DNA from: Minisyncoccota bacterium
GTDB taxonomy: Bacteria; Patescibacteriota; Minisyncoccia; Phycocordibacterales; JABAAK01
Reading direction: 5' to 3'
Assembly (NCBI GenBank): GCA_965204115.1
Contig: OZ241963.1
Location: 468,622-532,621 of the forward strand
Length of the DNA: 64,000 nt
Shown: piece after piece, positions 1 through 8,655 of the stretch
Numbering within the stretch: the stretch's first letter is position 1
Layout: every line of letters begins with the position of its first letter
Translations under genes and position numbers: made by a program
Notes under the pieces: generated by a model
What the model was told of the DNA's origin: nothing
Databases searched by the model: none
The model's input: the letters and a program-made list of their open reading frames with translations, nothing else

Positions 1-2
1 CC

Positions 3-992
3 GGTGGTAAGACAACCAAAGAGTCAGTGCTGCTGCAAATGGTTGACGATCATCCTGTTGTCCCTCTTGTTCTTGAGTATCGGCATTATGAGAAATTGCG
101 GTCCACCTATGTTGATGCATTACCTGATTTTGTCGCTGATGACGGGCGAATACACACCACTCTGCAGCAAAACGGCACGGTGACCGGGCGGTTTTCTTCG
201 CGTGATCCGAATTTGCAGAATATACCGATTGGTGGGGAAGACGGTACCGCCATTCGTGATTTGTTTGTTGCCGCTGACGGGTGGGAGTTGGTGGCGATTG
301 ACTATTCGCAGGTTGAGCTGCGGTTGGCGGCCATTTTGTCGCAGGATAAGGCGCTGTTGGAGGTGTTTCGGCAGGGGGTTGATGTGCACCAAGCAGTTGC
401 GGCGCGGATGTTTTCCGTTTCGCGGGATGCTGTCACATCAGATCAGCGAAACAGCGCGAAGGCGATCAATTTTGGAGTGCTGTACGGTATGGGTTCGCAG
501 TCATTGAGCCGCTCGCTCAAGGTTTCGCTGACAGAAGCGGATGCATTCCTTGCTGATTATAAAAAAGCGTTTCCCGAGCTGTTTGACTACCTTGCCGCTA
601 TTAAGAAAGAAGTGTCGGAGACCGGGTTTGTGACGACAGCGTTCGGGCGTGTTCGCCCGATTGCCGGCATTCACTCCTCACTTGCGTATGTGAAGGCGCA
701 GGCGGAGCGGACTGCTGCAAACACTGTGATACAAGGAACCGCCGCTGACATTATTAAACTGGCGATGGTTGCTGTTGATGAGATGCTCACAAAAGAGGGG
801 TTGGAAAATGATGTGCGCATGCTCCTGCAGATACACGATGAATTGCTCTTTGAGGTTCGCCCTAAAGTTGCCGATGAGGCGGTCGCAAAGATTGTGGAAG
901 TTATGGAGTCGGTATACCCGAAAGACGGCAAGCCGATACGGCTGCTGGCAAGTGTGGGACGTGGGCAGAGTTGGGGGTCATTGGATAAGTGA
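3..992 (+). CDS. polA: DNA polymerase I, C-terminal polymerase domain; 5' end lies outside the window
   Basis: Family-A polymerase motifs are present: RDPNLQNIP (motif A region), DYSQVELRLAA, KAINFGVLYG and QIHDELLFE (motif C). The ORF runs off the 5' edge of the window. Confidence 0.9.
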   Translation, partial: GGKTTKESVLLQMVDDHPVVPLVLEYRHYEKLRSTYVDALPDFVADDGRIHTTLQQNGTVTGRFSSRDPNLQNIPIGGEDGTAIRDLFVAADGWELVAIDYSQVELRLAAILSQDKALLEVFRQGVDVHQAVAARMFSVSRDAVTSDQRNSAKAINFGVLYGMGSQSLSRSLKVSLTEADAFLADYKKAFPELFDYLAAIKKEVSETGFVTTAFGRVRPIAGIHSSLAYVKAQAERTAANTVIQGTAADIIKLAMVAVDEMLTKEGLENDVRMLLQIHDELLFEVRPKVADEAVAKIVEVMESVYPKDGKPIRLLASVGRGQSWGSLDK

Positions 993-1051
993 TTTTTTAT
1001 ACAATATCCTTATATTCAATGCTGTGCGAAGGGTTTTGGTATACTGTTGCT

Positions 1052-1753
1052 ATGCTATATGTGTTTTGCGGAGATCGGTTTGCGGCGCGGGAGTTGAGTA
1101 AGGAGTTTGTTGCTGCATGTCAGAAGAAGCGGGCAGGGGCGGAGTATATTTATCTGTCGCCTGCGGTTATACATCATTCACTGGAGGAGCTGCTGTTGGG
1201 ACAGGGGTTATTTGAACAGAAGTACATCGTGTTTTGTGATGAAATGATCAATGATTCTTCCGGGCAGCATTTGGTTGACAACCTTCCGCTCTATGCTGAG
1301 TCGCCCCACATGTTTGTGGTGTTTGAGCCATCGCTGGATGCGCGTGGTGAGAAGAAATTATCAAATGCCGGTGCGGTGGTTCAGCGCTGTCGGGAGCAGA
1401 AGGCGGCTTCGGAGGATGTGCGTCCGGTGTTTGCATTTATTGATGTGTTTTTGCGCAGAGATGCCGAGAAGTCATTTGTCGCGCTGCACTCCTTGTTGCA
1501 AAATGGCGGTTTGCCGTCTTCGGTGCTGAATATGCTGCTGTGGCAGTTGCGGATGCTCACCTTGGTTTCACAGTCGGCGAGTGCCACCGCTGCCGGCGTG
1601 AAGCCGTTTGTCTACACAAAAGCGCAGAAAGCGCTCGCGCGTATTGATGACCCGTTTGATTTGTTTGTGCGGGCTGAGGAGGTTGTTCGCACAGGGCGAT
1701 TGCGCGGCGCTACTGACGCGGAGATTGCGGAATATTTGGTTTTGAGCGTGTAG
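1052..1753 (+). CDS. holA: DNA polymerase III delta subunit-like (HolA-like)
   Basis: The N-terminus MLYVFCGDRFAARELSKEF...YIYLSP resembles HolA (iYllyGeD...). It is about 230 aa and sits beside polA and ruvA. The start was set at an internal Met of the 989..1753 ORF. Confidence 0.45.
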   Translation: MLYVFCGDRFAARELSKEFVAACQKKRAGAEYIYLSPAVIHHSLEELLLGQGLFEQKYIVFCDEMINDSSGQHLVDNLPLYAESPHMFVVFEPSLDARGEKKLSNAGAVVQRCREQKAASEDVRPVFAFIDVFLRRDAEKSFVALHSLLQNGGLPSSVLNMLLWQLRMLTLVSQSASATAAGVKPFVYTKAQKALARIDDPFDLFVRAEEVVRTGRLRGATDAEIAEYLVLSV

Positions 1754-1775
1754 GTTTCGGTGATATACTGAGGGC

Positions 1776-2348
1776 ATGATTGGAGCACTCACAGGCACAG
1801 TTCGGGATGCAGGGAAGGATATGGTTGTGGTGGAGACGGGTGGTGGAGTCGGGTATGCGGTGACGGTTTCAGCGGCGACGAAAAATAACATCCTTGCGCG
1901 GGAATCCTGCACCTTGTACACCCATACTGCGGTGCGGAAGGACACGATTGACCTGTTCGGTTTTCTTGAGCGGGAGGAGTACTCCGCTTTTTTGTTGCTC
2001 ATCTCTGTTTCCGGGGTCGGTCCGAAGAAAGCGTTTGCAGTGCTTGATATGATGCCGGTGCAGACACTGCTATCGGCCATTCAGAAAGAAGATGTTGCCA
2101 CACTGGTTTCGTTTGGGGTGGGGAAGAAGCAGGCGCAGCGTATGGTGCTTGATTTGCAAAAGAAAATTGAAGTTGATGGCGGCGACTTTGACTTGTCCGG
2201 TGATCTCATTGCGACACTAGTCGCGCTTGGGTATGAGAAGAAGGAGATTGCCGAGGTTCTGCGGGAGGTTTCCCTGCAGAGTGAGACAGTTGAGGATCAG
2301 GTGCAGGAATTTTTAAAGTTAATTCGAGAGGCGAAAGTCCGTAAATGA
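1776..2348 (+). CDS. ruvA: Holliday junction branch migration protein RuvA
   Basis: MIGALTGTV... N-terminal OB domain, helix-hairpin-helix region (VSGVGPKKA), and a C-terminal RuvB-binding domain. Length 190 aa. Confidence 0.85.
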   Translation: MIGALTGTVRDAGKDMVVVETGGGVGYAVTVSAATKNNILARESCTLYTHTAVRKDTIDLFGFLEREEYSAFLLLISVSGVGPKKAFAVLDMMPVQTLLSAIQKEDVATLVSFGVGKKQAQRMVLDLQKKIEVDGGDFDLSGDLIATLVALGYEKKEIAEVLREVSLQSETVEDQVQEFLKLIREAKVRK

Positions 2349-3358
2349 GTATGCAATTTTCTCGCTTGACCGTGTTATTTTTACTACTCTTCGTCAGTAG
2401 CGTTGCGTTGTTTTTTATCACCCTTTCTGACTCTCAACGACCTATTGTATCTTCCATGACGGAACAGTATCAACAGGAAGCAGTGCCGCAGGATTCGTAC
2501 ACGATATTTTTTGCCGGTGATGTAATGCTGGATCGAGGTGTTGCGTTTTATGTTGCGCGGTATGGTGATGATGACTGGCGGTTTCCGTGGCGGTTTGTGG
2601 TCGATCGCTTGCGTTTGTTTGACATTGTCTTTGTGAATCATGAGGGGGTGATGAGTTCTGTCGGGCAAGACGCCGGCGGTGTGCATTCTTTTAATTTTCC
2701 GATTGCCGCGCTTGATGGGCTACTGTTTGCCGGAGTTGATGTGGTGAGTTTGGCGAATAATCATATTTTTGACTGGGGTGCTGCCGCGCTGTGCGACACG
2801 GTGCGGCGTTTGCATGCACATGCTGTCGGCACTGTCGGTGCCGGGTGTTCGTACGATGAGGCGAACGCACCGCATATTCATTCATTTACTGACGGAACCA
2901 GTGTTGGGTTTCTCGGGTATACTCCGTTCTATCATCCGAACGGTGCTGCCGGACACAGATTCCCCGGCCTTTCTGAGTACACCCCGATTACTATGCGGCA
3001 GCGCGTTGCCGCTCTGCGCGAGCAGGTGGATGTTGTGGTGGTTTCTCTGCACTGGGGTGAGGAGTATCAGCCGAAATCAAATGCGGAGCAGCGGCGTGTT
3101 GGGCGTATACTTATTGATGCCGGTGCGGATATTGTTGTTGGACATCATCCGCATGTTGCCCAGGAGGTTGAGGAGTATAACGGGGGATGGATACTGTATA
3201 GTTTGGGTAATTTTATTTTTGATCAGTATTTTTCTCAAGAAACCATGGAAGGGCTTATTGCCATTGCTACCGTGCAGGGCAGGGCGGTTGTGTCTGTCGT
3301 CACCGAAAGGGTGTCCCTCAACCGGTATTATCAGCCAATGTTTGAGGATAAACAATGA
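2345..3358 (+). CDS. CapA/PgsA (PGA_cap) family metallophosphoesterase with an N-terminal signal anchor
   Basis: N-terminal TM segment followed by FFAGDVMLDRGV, NHEG, LANNH, GHHPHV and LGNFIFDQ, which are calcineurin-like metallophosphatase motifs of the CapA family. Confidence 0.7.
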   Translation: MSMQFSRLTVLFLLLFVSSVALFFITLSDSQRPIVSSMTEQYQQEAVPQDSYTIFFAGDVMLDRGVAFYVARYGDDDWRFPWRFVVDRLRLFDIVFVNHEGVMSSVGQDAGGVHSFNFPIAALDGLLFAGVDVVSLANNHIFDWGAAALCDTVRRLHAHAVGTVGAGCSYDEANAPHIHSFTDGTSVGFLGYTPFYHPNGAAGHRFPGLSEYTPITMRQRVAALREQVDVVVVSLHWGEEYQPKSNAEQRRVGRILIDAGADIVVGHHPHVAQEVEEYNGGWILYSLGNFIFDQYFSQETMEGLIAIATVQGRAVVSVVTERVSLNRYYQPMFEDKQ

Positions 3359-3392
3359 TTTTATACTGTTTGGCGTGGTATCTTGAAAGTAT

Positions 3393-4469
3393 ATGAAAGA
3401 CATGCAGCTCGGCACCCTCCTGCCGATATTCCTTTTCTTCATGCTGTTTGCAGGGATCCTCGTTATCTATCGGGAGGAGATAGAAAAAATGGAGTTGTTC
3501 GGGAAGTTGCATGTTACACCGGTCCCTGCGACATTTACCGGTCGTCCGGATATTCCTCCCCCTGTTCCTATTCCTACTGTTCCGGATTTGGGTCTGAATC
3601 CCAGTTCTCTGTCATCCTCTAATATCGGGAGTGCTCGCCTGCTGTCTTTTGGGAACGGGCGGGTTGTTGACACCACACTGCACAATATCCCGGTTGCGAA
3701 TCTCCGGGGTGGTGAGGGGTCGTTGCACACACTTCTACCTGATGTTGCTGATTACTATGCCCGAGCGTTTGTGGAAGAAGCATCCGATTTATACTCCCCG
3801 TCTCCTTATGTCGGCTCTGTTGTGTTTCTTGATCGAGCGTCTGGTGTTAAGGTGTCGGAACCTGATCGTGAGTATTTTGTTCTCCTTGTTTCCGATGTTC
3901 TGTCAACCCCTATTACCATTACAGACTGGAAGGTGTTTGATCGGGCGACAAAGAGGATACACCACATCCCCCGTGCTGTTAAGGTCTTCGGTTCCGGTGA
4001 TGTCTCTGCATCAGTTGTTGTACGTGCAGGGGATCGAATTTTTGTTTCCTCCGGATATTCCCCGGTGAAAACCTCGTTTCAGGTGAATAAGTGTTCCGGT
4101 TACCGTTCTCAATCTGTTGACTTTGTTCCGAGTATCAAAACATCCTGCACCGACCCTGTCCGCGAGTTTACGAGTCACGGAAAAGTCCCGTTCTCAGACG
4201 ATGTCTGTTACGACACCGTTTCCTCCCTCTCTCCCTGCACTACCGTCAAAACTGTTCCGCAGAGTGTTACCACCGCCTGTCGCGACTTTTTACAGCAAGT
4301 GCTCTCTGAGAAAGGTTGTGTCTCCCGACACCGCAATGATGTTGATTTTTTTACCGGTGAATGGCGCCTCTTTCTTAAATCAGACCGTGAGCTTTGGAAA
4401 AATCGTGACAATGTTCTCTACCTCCTGGACGAAAATGATCTCCTCGTCGCGACTATGGTGTATCGGTAG
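3393..4469 (+). CDS. Hypothetical membrane-anchored secreted protein
   Basis: Long ORF with an N-terminal TM helix (LLPIFLFFMLFAGILVIY) and a Pro-rich linker. No recognisable catalytic motif. Confidence 0.4.
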   Translation: MKDMQLGTLLPIFLFFMLFAGILVIYREEIEKMELFGKLHVTPVPATFTGRPDIPPPVPIPTVPDLGLNPSSLSSSNIGSARLLSFGNGRVVDTTLHNIPVANLRGGEGSLHTLLPDVADYYARAFVEEASDLYSPSPYVGSVVFLDRASGVKVSEPDREYFVLLVSDVLSTPITITDWKVFDRATKRIHHIPRAVKVFGSGDVSASVVVRAGDRIFVSSGYSPVKTSFQVNKCSGYRSQSVDFVPSIKTSCTDPVREFTSHGKVPFSDDVCYDTVSSLSPCTTVKTVPQSVTTACRDFLQQVLSEKGCVSRHRNDVDFFTGEWRLFLKSDRELWKNRDNVLYLLDENDLLVATMVYR

Positions 4470-4559
4470 TGTTTGCCTGTTGGTATATGAAAAAGGCGCA
4501 GCGGGATGGTATCCCTGCTGCGCCGATGTGTGTCATTAAGTGACACTGTTATTAGGCGA

Positions 4560-5261
4560 TTAAGCGGCTTGTGCGCGTGCTGCCATGCGTTCGGTTATTT
4601 CTATCACCTCTTTCGGGGTGGTGTTAGCGTCGATGTCCGTTTCTGCTTTGGAGACATAGTGAACCACCATCTCGATCTTTTCGAGTAATTTCTGCTCTGC
4701 TCCGCTCGCAGATATATCGAGGAGTTGTGTGTCCTCTATGTCTTCCAGAGACCGGACGACTTCTATCGGTGCTGATATTCCGTCGAGCCAGGTGCTTACC
4801 TTATCAAAATCCAGGTGTTCCTGGGAGCCTCGGAGTTCTTCAATCTTTTCTCGTGTACCCACCACTCCATTGCAGCAGCACATAAAAAGCAGGGCTACTC
4901 CGTGTCTGTCCAGAACTTCGTCAACAGCATCCATTGTCGGCCCGGCCATCCTGATTGTCGGGAACACTTTGTGGAGTAGTTCCATTATCCGTGTCCGATA
5001 CCTTTCGCCGCTTGTACTACCGACTGTGAATGGTATCTGTGCCGTATCGTCTCCAAAGAAGCTTGAGCGATCTCCTTTTTTAATCTCGTCCACTGCGGCC
5101 GCTAAGGCGCTGAAGAAGAGAATCGGTGCGAAGATGTGCTCTTTCACCGCTTTGAAGAGATCATCGGAAAACTCCGCGACGTCGGGCAGAATTTTCTTCA
5201 GTCGTTCAATGTGTGCTCCGGTTGTGTTAACCATGAGCGGGTTTTGTGTCGTTTGACACAT
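4560..5261 (-). CDS. Hypothetical protein containing a CCC motif, co-oriented with the downstream P-loop ATPase gene
   Basis: 233-aa ORF on the same strand as and adjacent to the ATPase at 5382..6299. Contains a Cys cluster (LFMCCCNGVVG). No family recognised. Confidence 0.35.
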   Translation of the reverse strand: MCQTTQNPLMVNTTGAHIERLKKILPDVAEFSDDLFKAVKEHIFAPILFFSALAAAVDEIKKGDRSSFFGDDTAQIPFTVGSTSGERYRTRIMELLHKVFPTIRMAGPTMDAVDEVLDRHGVALLFMCCCNGVVGTREKIEELRGSQEHLDFDKVSTWLDGISAPIEVVRSLEDIEDTQLLDISASGAEQKLLEKIEMVVHYVSKAETDIDANTTPKEVIEITERMAARAQAA

Positions 5262-5381
5262 AGTATTTTCCTCCTAAATAATAGTTGAAATGTACACGGT
5301 ACCAATGAACACAATTTCTATTGGCACCCCAATGGATAGACAAGGTCTACCAATTGGGATACGAACAGATTACACACCCTG

Positions 5382-6230
5382 TTATACACCCTGGAAAGAG
5401 TGGTTGCGTTTGTATTTCCGCTTTGTTCGTTCCAGCCGATTGCGTTGATTCAGCGGGACGATTGCTTCATACATACTCTCCAGTACAGTATGCCACACGG
5501 AAACCGGTTCAAAAGGGTTGCGCTTTATTGCGGTGTCTTCGGGGAGAAAGGCGGTCGGTGCGGTGCCGAGTTGCTCTGTGATAAATCTCCGATCCTCGTC
5601 ACTCGTCGCCTTGTTGCCTGCAAACACATACGGTGTTTCAAAAAACTCCATCAGGTCGGCAATTTGCTTTGCTGTTTTGACGCTGTGTAACGATGGTTCG
5701 CACACAACAACACCGACATCAATGCCGGTCACGATGCCGGTGGTCACGCCATCAGCACCCGCCTTTTCGTCCATCAGCACCACACTGTTTTCATCAACCT
5801 CAAGGAGCGGTAGGTAAATTTTCAACGGCGTCGTCAAAACATGGCTGCATGCCTTGCCGTACAGCACATCGTCGGTTTGCGATCCGGCCATCATGAGACG
5901 CATTCTATCTCCGATGGTGTGGGAATGTGATTGTGTATATGGGTCAACAGGATTCAGAGAAAACCCTTCGCCGTTTGATTTTTCTAAAAACACCTTACTG
6001 CAGGGATCCCCTTCGTCCAAATCAAACATGGACCGAATAGCATCAAGACCGTTCCCCAGGCATGGCGTGTCAGACGGCACAGCACCACCGGTGATATTGT
6101 AGGCGAAATCCATGTTGTGATCGGCATCAATAGCAAGCACTTCCTTACCTAATGCGTGCAAAAACAAGGCCATCTGTGTCGCAACCGATGACTTTCCACT
6201 CCCACCTTTTCCCAAAAACCCAATAATCAT
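5382..6230 (-). CDS. P-loop NTPase of the MinD/ParA/Mrp/CooC superfamily
   Basis: Deviant Walker A GKGGSGKSS close to the N-terminus, plus a DxD-like AIDADHN. The start was chosen at the internal Met MIIGFLG; the ORF as computed extends to 6299. Confidence 0.6.
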   Translation of the reverse strand: MIIGFLGKGGSGKSSVATQMALFLHALGKEVLAIDADHNMDFAYNITGGAVPSDTPCLGNGLDAIRSMFDLDEGDPCSKVFLEKSNGEGFSLNPVDPYTQSHSHTIGDRMRLMMAGSQTDDVLYGKACSHVLTTPLKIYLPLLEVDENSVVLMDEKAGADGVTTGIVTGIDVGVVVCEPSLHSVKTAKQIADLMEFFETPYVFAGNKATSDEDRRFITEQLGTAPTAFLPEDTAIKRNPFEPVSVWHTVLESMYEAIVPLNQRNRLERTKRKYKRNHSFQGV

Positions 6231-6455
6231 ACTACCTATAACGCACATACAGTATACACCACTCCGCTCTAATAATAGCGGTGGGTATGTTTGAAACACA
6301 CCCAGTGAAAGCAGGAAATGTGAAAAACTCTTATTTTATGGGATATTTTAAAAAAATCACTACGAACCTACTACGAAGAATGCCCTTATTCATGGGGCTT
6401 TTTCTAAAATTTTCTCTAAAATCAGCAAAAACCACTACGAATATTTGCAAAACTG

Positions 6456-6570
6456 TAATATAGATTTTTATATTGCAAGTTTGGTGCCTAAGTTGCAATA
6501 TAGATTTTTATATTGCAAGTTTGGTGCCTAAGTTGCAATATAGATTTTTATATTGCAACTTAAGTGCTAA
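6456..6570. repeat. Three tandem 40-bp units, each with a 26-bp perfect palindrome TTGCAATATA-N6-TATATTGCAA; likely an operator array upstream of fic
   Basis: Direct reading shows period 40 (tagattttta at 6461, 6501 and 6541). Copies 2 and 3 are exact. Copy 1 has one mismatch in its left arm. The array ends 22 bp before the fic start. Confidence 0.8.
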
Positions 6571-6591
6571 AATTGTACTATAATATATACT

Positions 6592-7767
6592 ATGTCAATA
6601 TCAAGCGCTAAAGGCGATAAAAAACCAGGAGGGTTTGTTGCAGGTTCATACACGAAGCATTTTTATGGAAAGGAATATGAATACGAAAGTTTCTATCCAA
6701 ATTCTGTGAATGTTCCGTATGCTCACAAGGATTTGCGCATACCCATTCTCCTTGAGGAGGCGGCGCAACATCTTGCTGAGTTGAATGCGTATTCTCACCT
6801 TGTTCCGGACATTGATTACTTTATTCAAATGCATGTACGAAATGAAGCGGTAAAATCCAGCAGAATTGAAGGGACGAATACTGGTATTGATGAGGCAGTA
6901 CTTGATGAGAAGGAGGTAAGTCCTGAACGAAGGGATGATTGGAAAGAGGTGCAAAATTATATTGAGGCGATGAACTACGGGGTGGACCGAATGGTCAAAC
7001 TCCCACTCTGCATGCGTCTTTTGTGTGGTATGCACAAGATACTTATGCAAGGCGTCCGAGGTGAGGGTAAGCAGCCGGGTGAAGTTAGATCAAAGCAAAA
7101 TTGGATTGGTGTCGATATTAAAACTGCTTCATTTATACCCCCGCACCAGGAAGTGGTTCCTGAACTATTGCAGGATTTGGAAATGTTTTGGAATGATAAA
7201 AATAATCTCACCATCCCAAACCTTATTAAGGTCGCCATATCACACTATCAATTCGAGACAATTCACCCTTTTAATGATGGGAATGGACGGATCGGTCGCA
7301 TACTTATTGTTATTCATCTTATGAGTATGGGGATTTTGGAAAAGCCGACGCTTTATCTGTCTGACTTTTTTGATCGTCATAAGGGTAAATACTATGATGC
7401 ACTCACATTTGTGCGTGAGCGAAATGATATTGATCAGTGGGTTTTATTTTTTCTCTCCGGCATCGTTGAAACTGCGAAAAAAGGGAAGGGTGTTTTGAGG
7501 GAGATCATTGATCTTCGCACAGGTTACGAAGAGAAACTTCTCACTTTTGGGCGGCGTGCAAAAACTGCAAAAGCGTTAATCTGGTTCGCTTTTTCCAGCC
7601 CTGTGTTTGATGTTGCTTCAGCGGCAGCATACCTTGATTTATCCCGCAGTACGGTAAATTCAATTGCCAAAGAAATGGTGGCGGCAGGTATTCTGAAAGA
7701 GTCAACCGGATTTTCGCGAAACAGGATATTCTCACTCCATGAATATGTAGATTTATTCAAGAAATGA
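6592..7767 (+). CDS. fic: Fic family protein (class II, with an N-terminal inhibitory motif)
   Basis: Canonical Fic motif HPFNDGNGRIGR. An N-terminal SSRIEG matches the (S/T)xxxE(G/N) alpha-inh motif. Length 391 aa. Confidence 0.85.
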   Translation: MSISSAKGDKKPGGFVAGSYTKHFYGKEYEYESFYPNSVNVPYAHKDLRIPILLEEAAQHLAELNAYSHLVPDIDYFIQMHVRNEAVKSSRIEGTNTGIDEAVLDEKEVSPERRDDWKEVQNYIEAMNYGVDRMVKLPLCMRLLCGMHKILMQGVRGEGKQPGEVRSKQNWIGVDIKTASFIPPHQEVVPELLQDLEMFWNDKNNLTIPNLIKVAISHYQFETIHPFNDGNGRIGRILIVIHLMSMGILEKPTLYLSDFFDRHKGKYYDALTFVRERNDIDQWVLFFLSGIVETAKKGKGVLREIIDLRTGYEEKLLTFGRRAKTAKALIWFAFSSPVFDVASAAAYLDLSRSTVNSIAKEMVAAGILKESTGFSRNRIFSLHEYVDLFKK

Positions 7768-7814
7768 ACTTTGCTCACCGGAGAGTGGGGCGTGTTTCAG
7801 GTTGTATTGGGAAG

Positions 7815-7887
7815 TCCGCCCACTAGGATTCGAACCTAGGACCACCGGCTTAAAAGGCCGTTGCTCTACCAACTGAGCTATGGGCGG
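7815..7887 (-). tRNA. tRNA-Lys (anticodon UUU)
   Basis: Reverse complement folds as a cloverleaf: acceptor CCGCCCA/TGGGCGG, D-arm GCTC-AGTTGGTA-GAGC, anticodon loop CTTTTAA, T-arm CTAGG-TTCGAAT-CCTAG, discriminator A. CCA is not encoded. Confidence 0.8.
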
Positions 7888-7979
7888 AATGAGCGGTATT
7901 TTGGAATACCACCTTTTGATTATAACATTACGACTGTTGGGTATTGCGTTGTTGCGCAGGGTGGGGTATAGTATTGGTA

Positions 7980-8255
7980 ATGGCTAATACAACAGCAGCA
8001 AAAAAGGCAATGCGGGTTTCTGCGAGGAAGCGGGTGTTTAACCTGCGTCGTTTGCGTGCGGTGCGATCGCTGATGAAAGAGGTAGTTACGAAGCATCGGC
8101 AAGGAGATGCCGCAGGTGCGCGTGAGCAGTATCAGGAGGCGCAGAAGGCGATTGACAAGGCGGCGAAGCGGGGAGTGATAAAGAAGCAGACAGCGTCGCG
8201 GCGGAAGGCGATGTTGGCGCGGATGATAAAGCCGGCAGCGGCAGAAAGTAAGTAA
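7980..8255 (+). CDS. rpsT: 30S ribosomal protein S20
   Basis: MANTTAAKKAMRVSARKRVFNLRRLRA... matches S20 (MANIKSAKKRA...). Basic, about 90 aa. Start set at the internal Met of the 7944 ORF. Confidence 0.8.
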   Translation: MANTTAAKKAMRVSARKRVFNLRRLRAVRSLMKEVVTKHRQGDAAGAREQYQEAQKAIDKAAKRGVIKKQTASRRKAMLARMIKPAAAESK

Positions 8256-8262
8256 CAGCACT

Positions 8263-8607
8263 ATGGAGATGATCACCATTGAACAATTCGCTGCGGTGAG
8301 GATGGTTGTCGGGCGGATTGTGTCTGCTGAGCAGATGCAGGGTTCCGATAAGATGTTGAAACTGTTGATTGATACCGGCGGTCCGCACAGTCGGACTGTT
8401 TTGTCCGGCATTGCGCAGCACTACACCCCTGAGGCACTTGTTGACCGAAAGTGCATTGTTGTGGTGAACCTGCAGCCGAAAGAGATGCTGGGTGCGGAGA
8501 GTAATGGTATGCTGTTGTGTGCCACCTACACTGATGGGCTTGGTGCTGAGAGTGTTCGTATTGTAGAGCCGGCACTCGGTATTCCGACCGGATCACCGCT
8601 CTCTTGA
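8263..8607 (+). CDS. Stand-alone tRNA-binding protein (CsaA/Trbp111/Myf-like OB domain)
   Basis: About 110 aa with VGRIVSAEQ...KLLIDTGG...VVVNLQPKEMLGAESNGMLL, typical of the EMAP/MetRS C-terminal tRNA-binding domain. Lies immediately upstream of metG. Confidence 0.7.
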   Translation: MEMITIEQFAAVRMVVGRIVSAEQMQGSDKMLKLLIDTGGPHSRTVLSGIAQHYTPEALVDRKCIVVVNLQPKEMLGAESNGMLLCATYTDGLGAESVRIVEPALGIPTGSPLS

Positions 8608-8655
8608 TGGTAGGCGGGTGTGGGGCATCTCAGGTTTGTGCGGTATTATGGGTAT

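Noticed and set aside
6281-6463. 60-aa ORF in the fic upstream region
   Set aside because: It lies in an AT-rich intergenic region and overlaps the repeat array. There is no RBS. It is probably non-coding promoter DNA.
6456-6570. Possible CRISPR array (regularly spaced palindromic repeats)
   Set aside because: There are only three units and the 'spacers' (GTTTGGTGCCTAAG) are identical between units. That makes it a simple tandem repeat. There are no cas genes. An operator array upstream of fic is the better reading.
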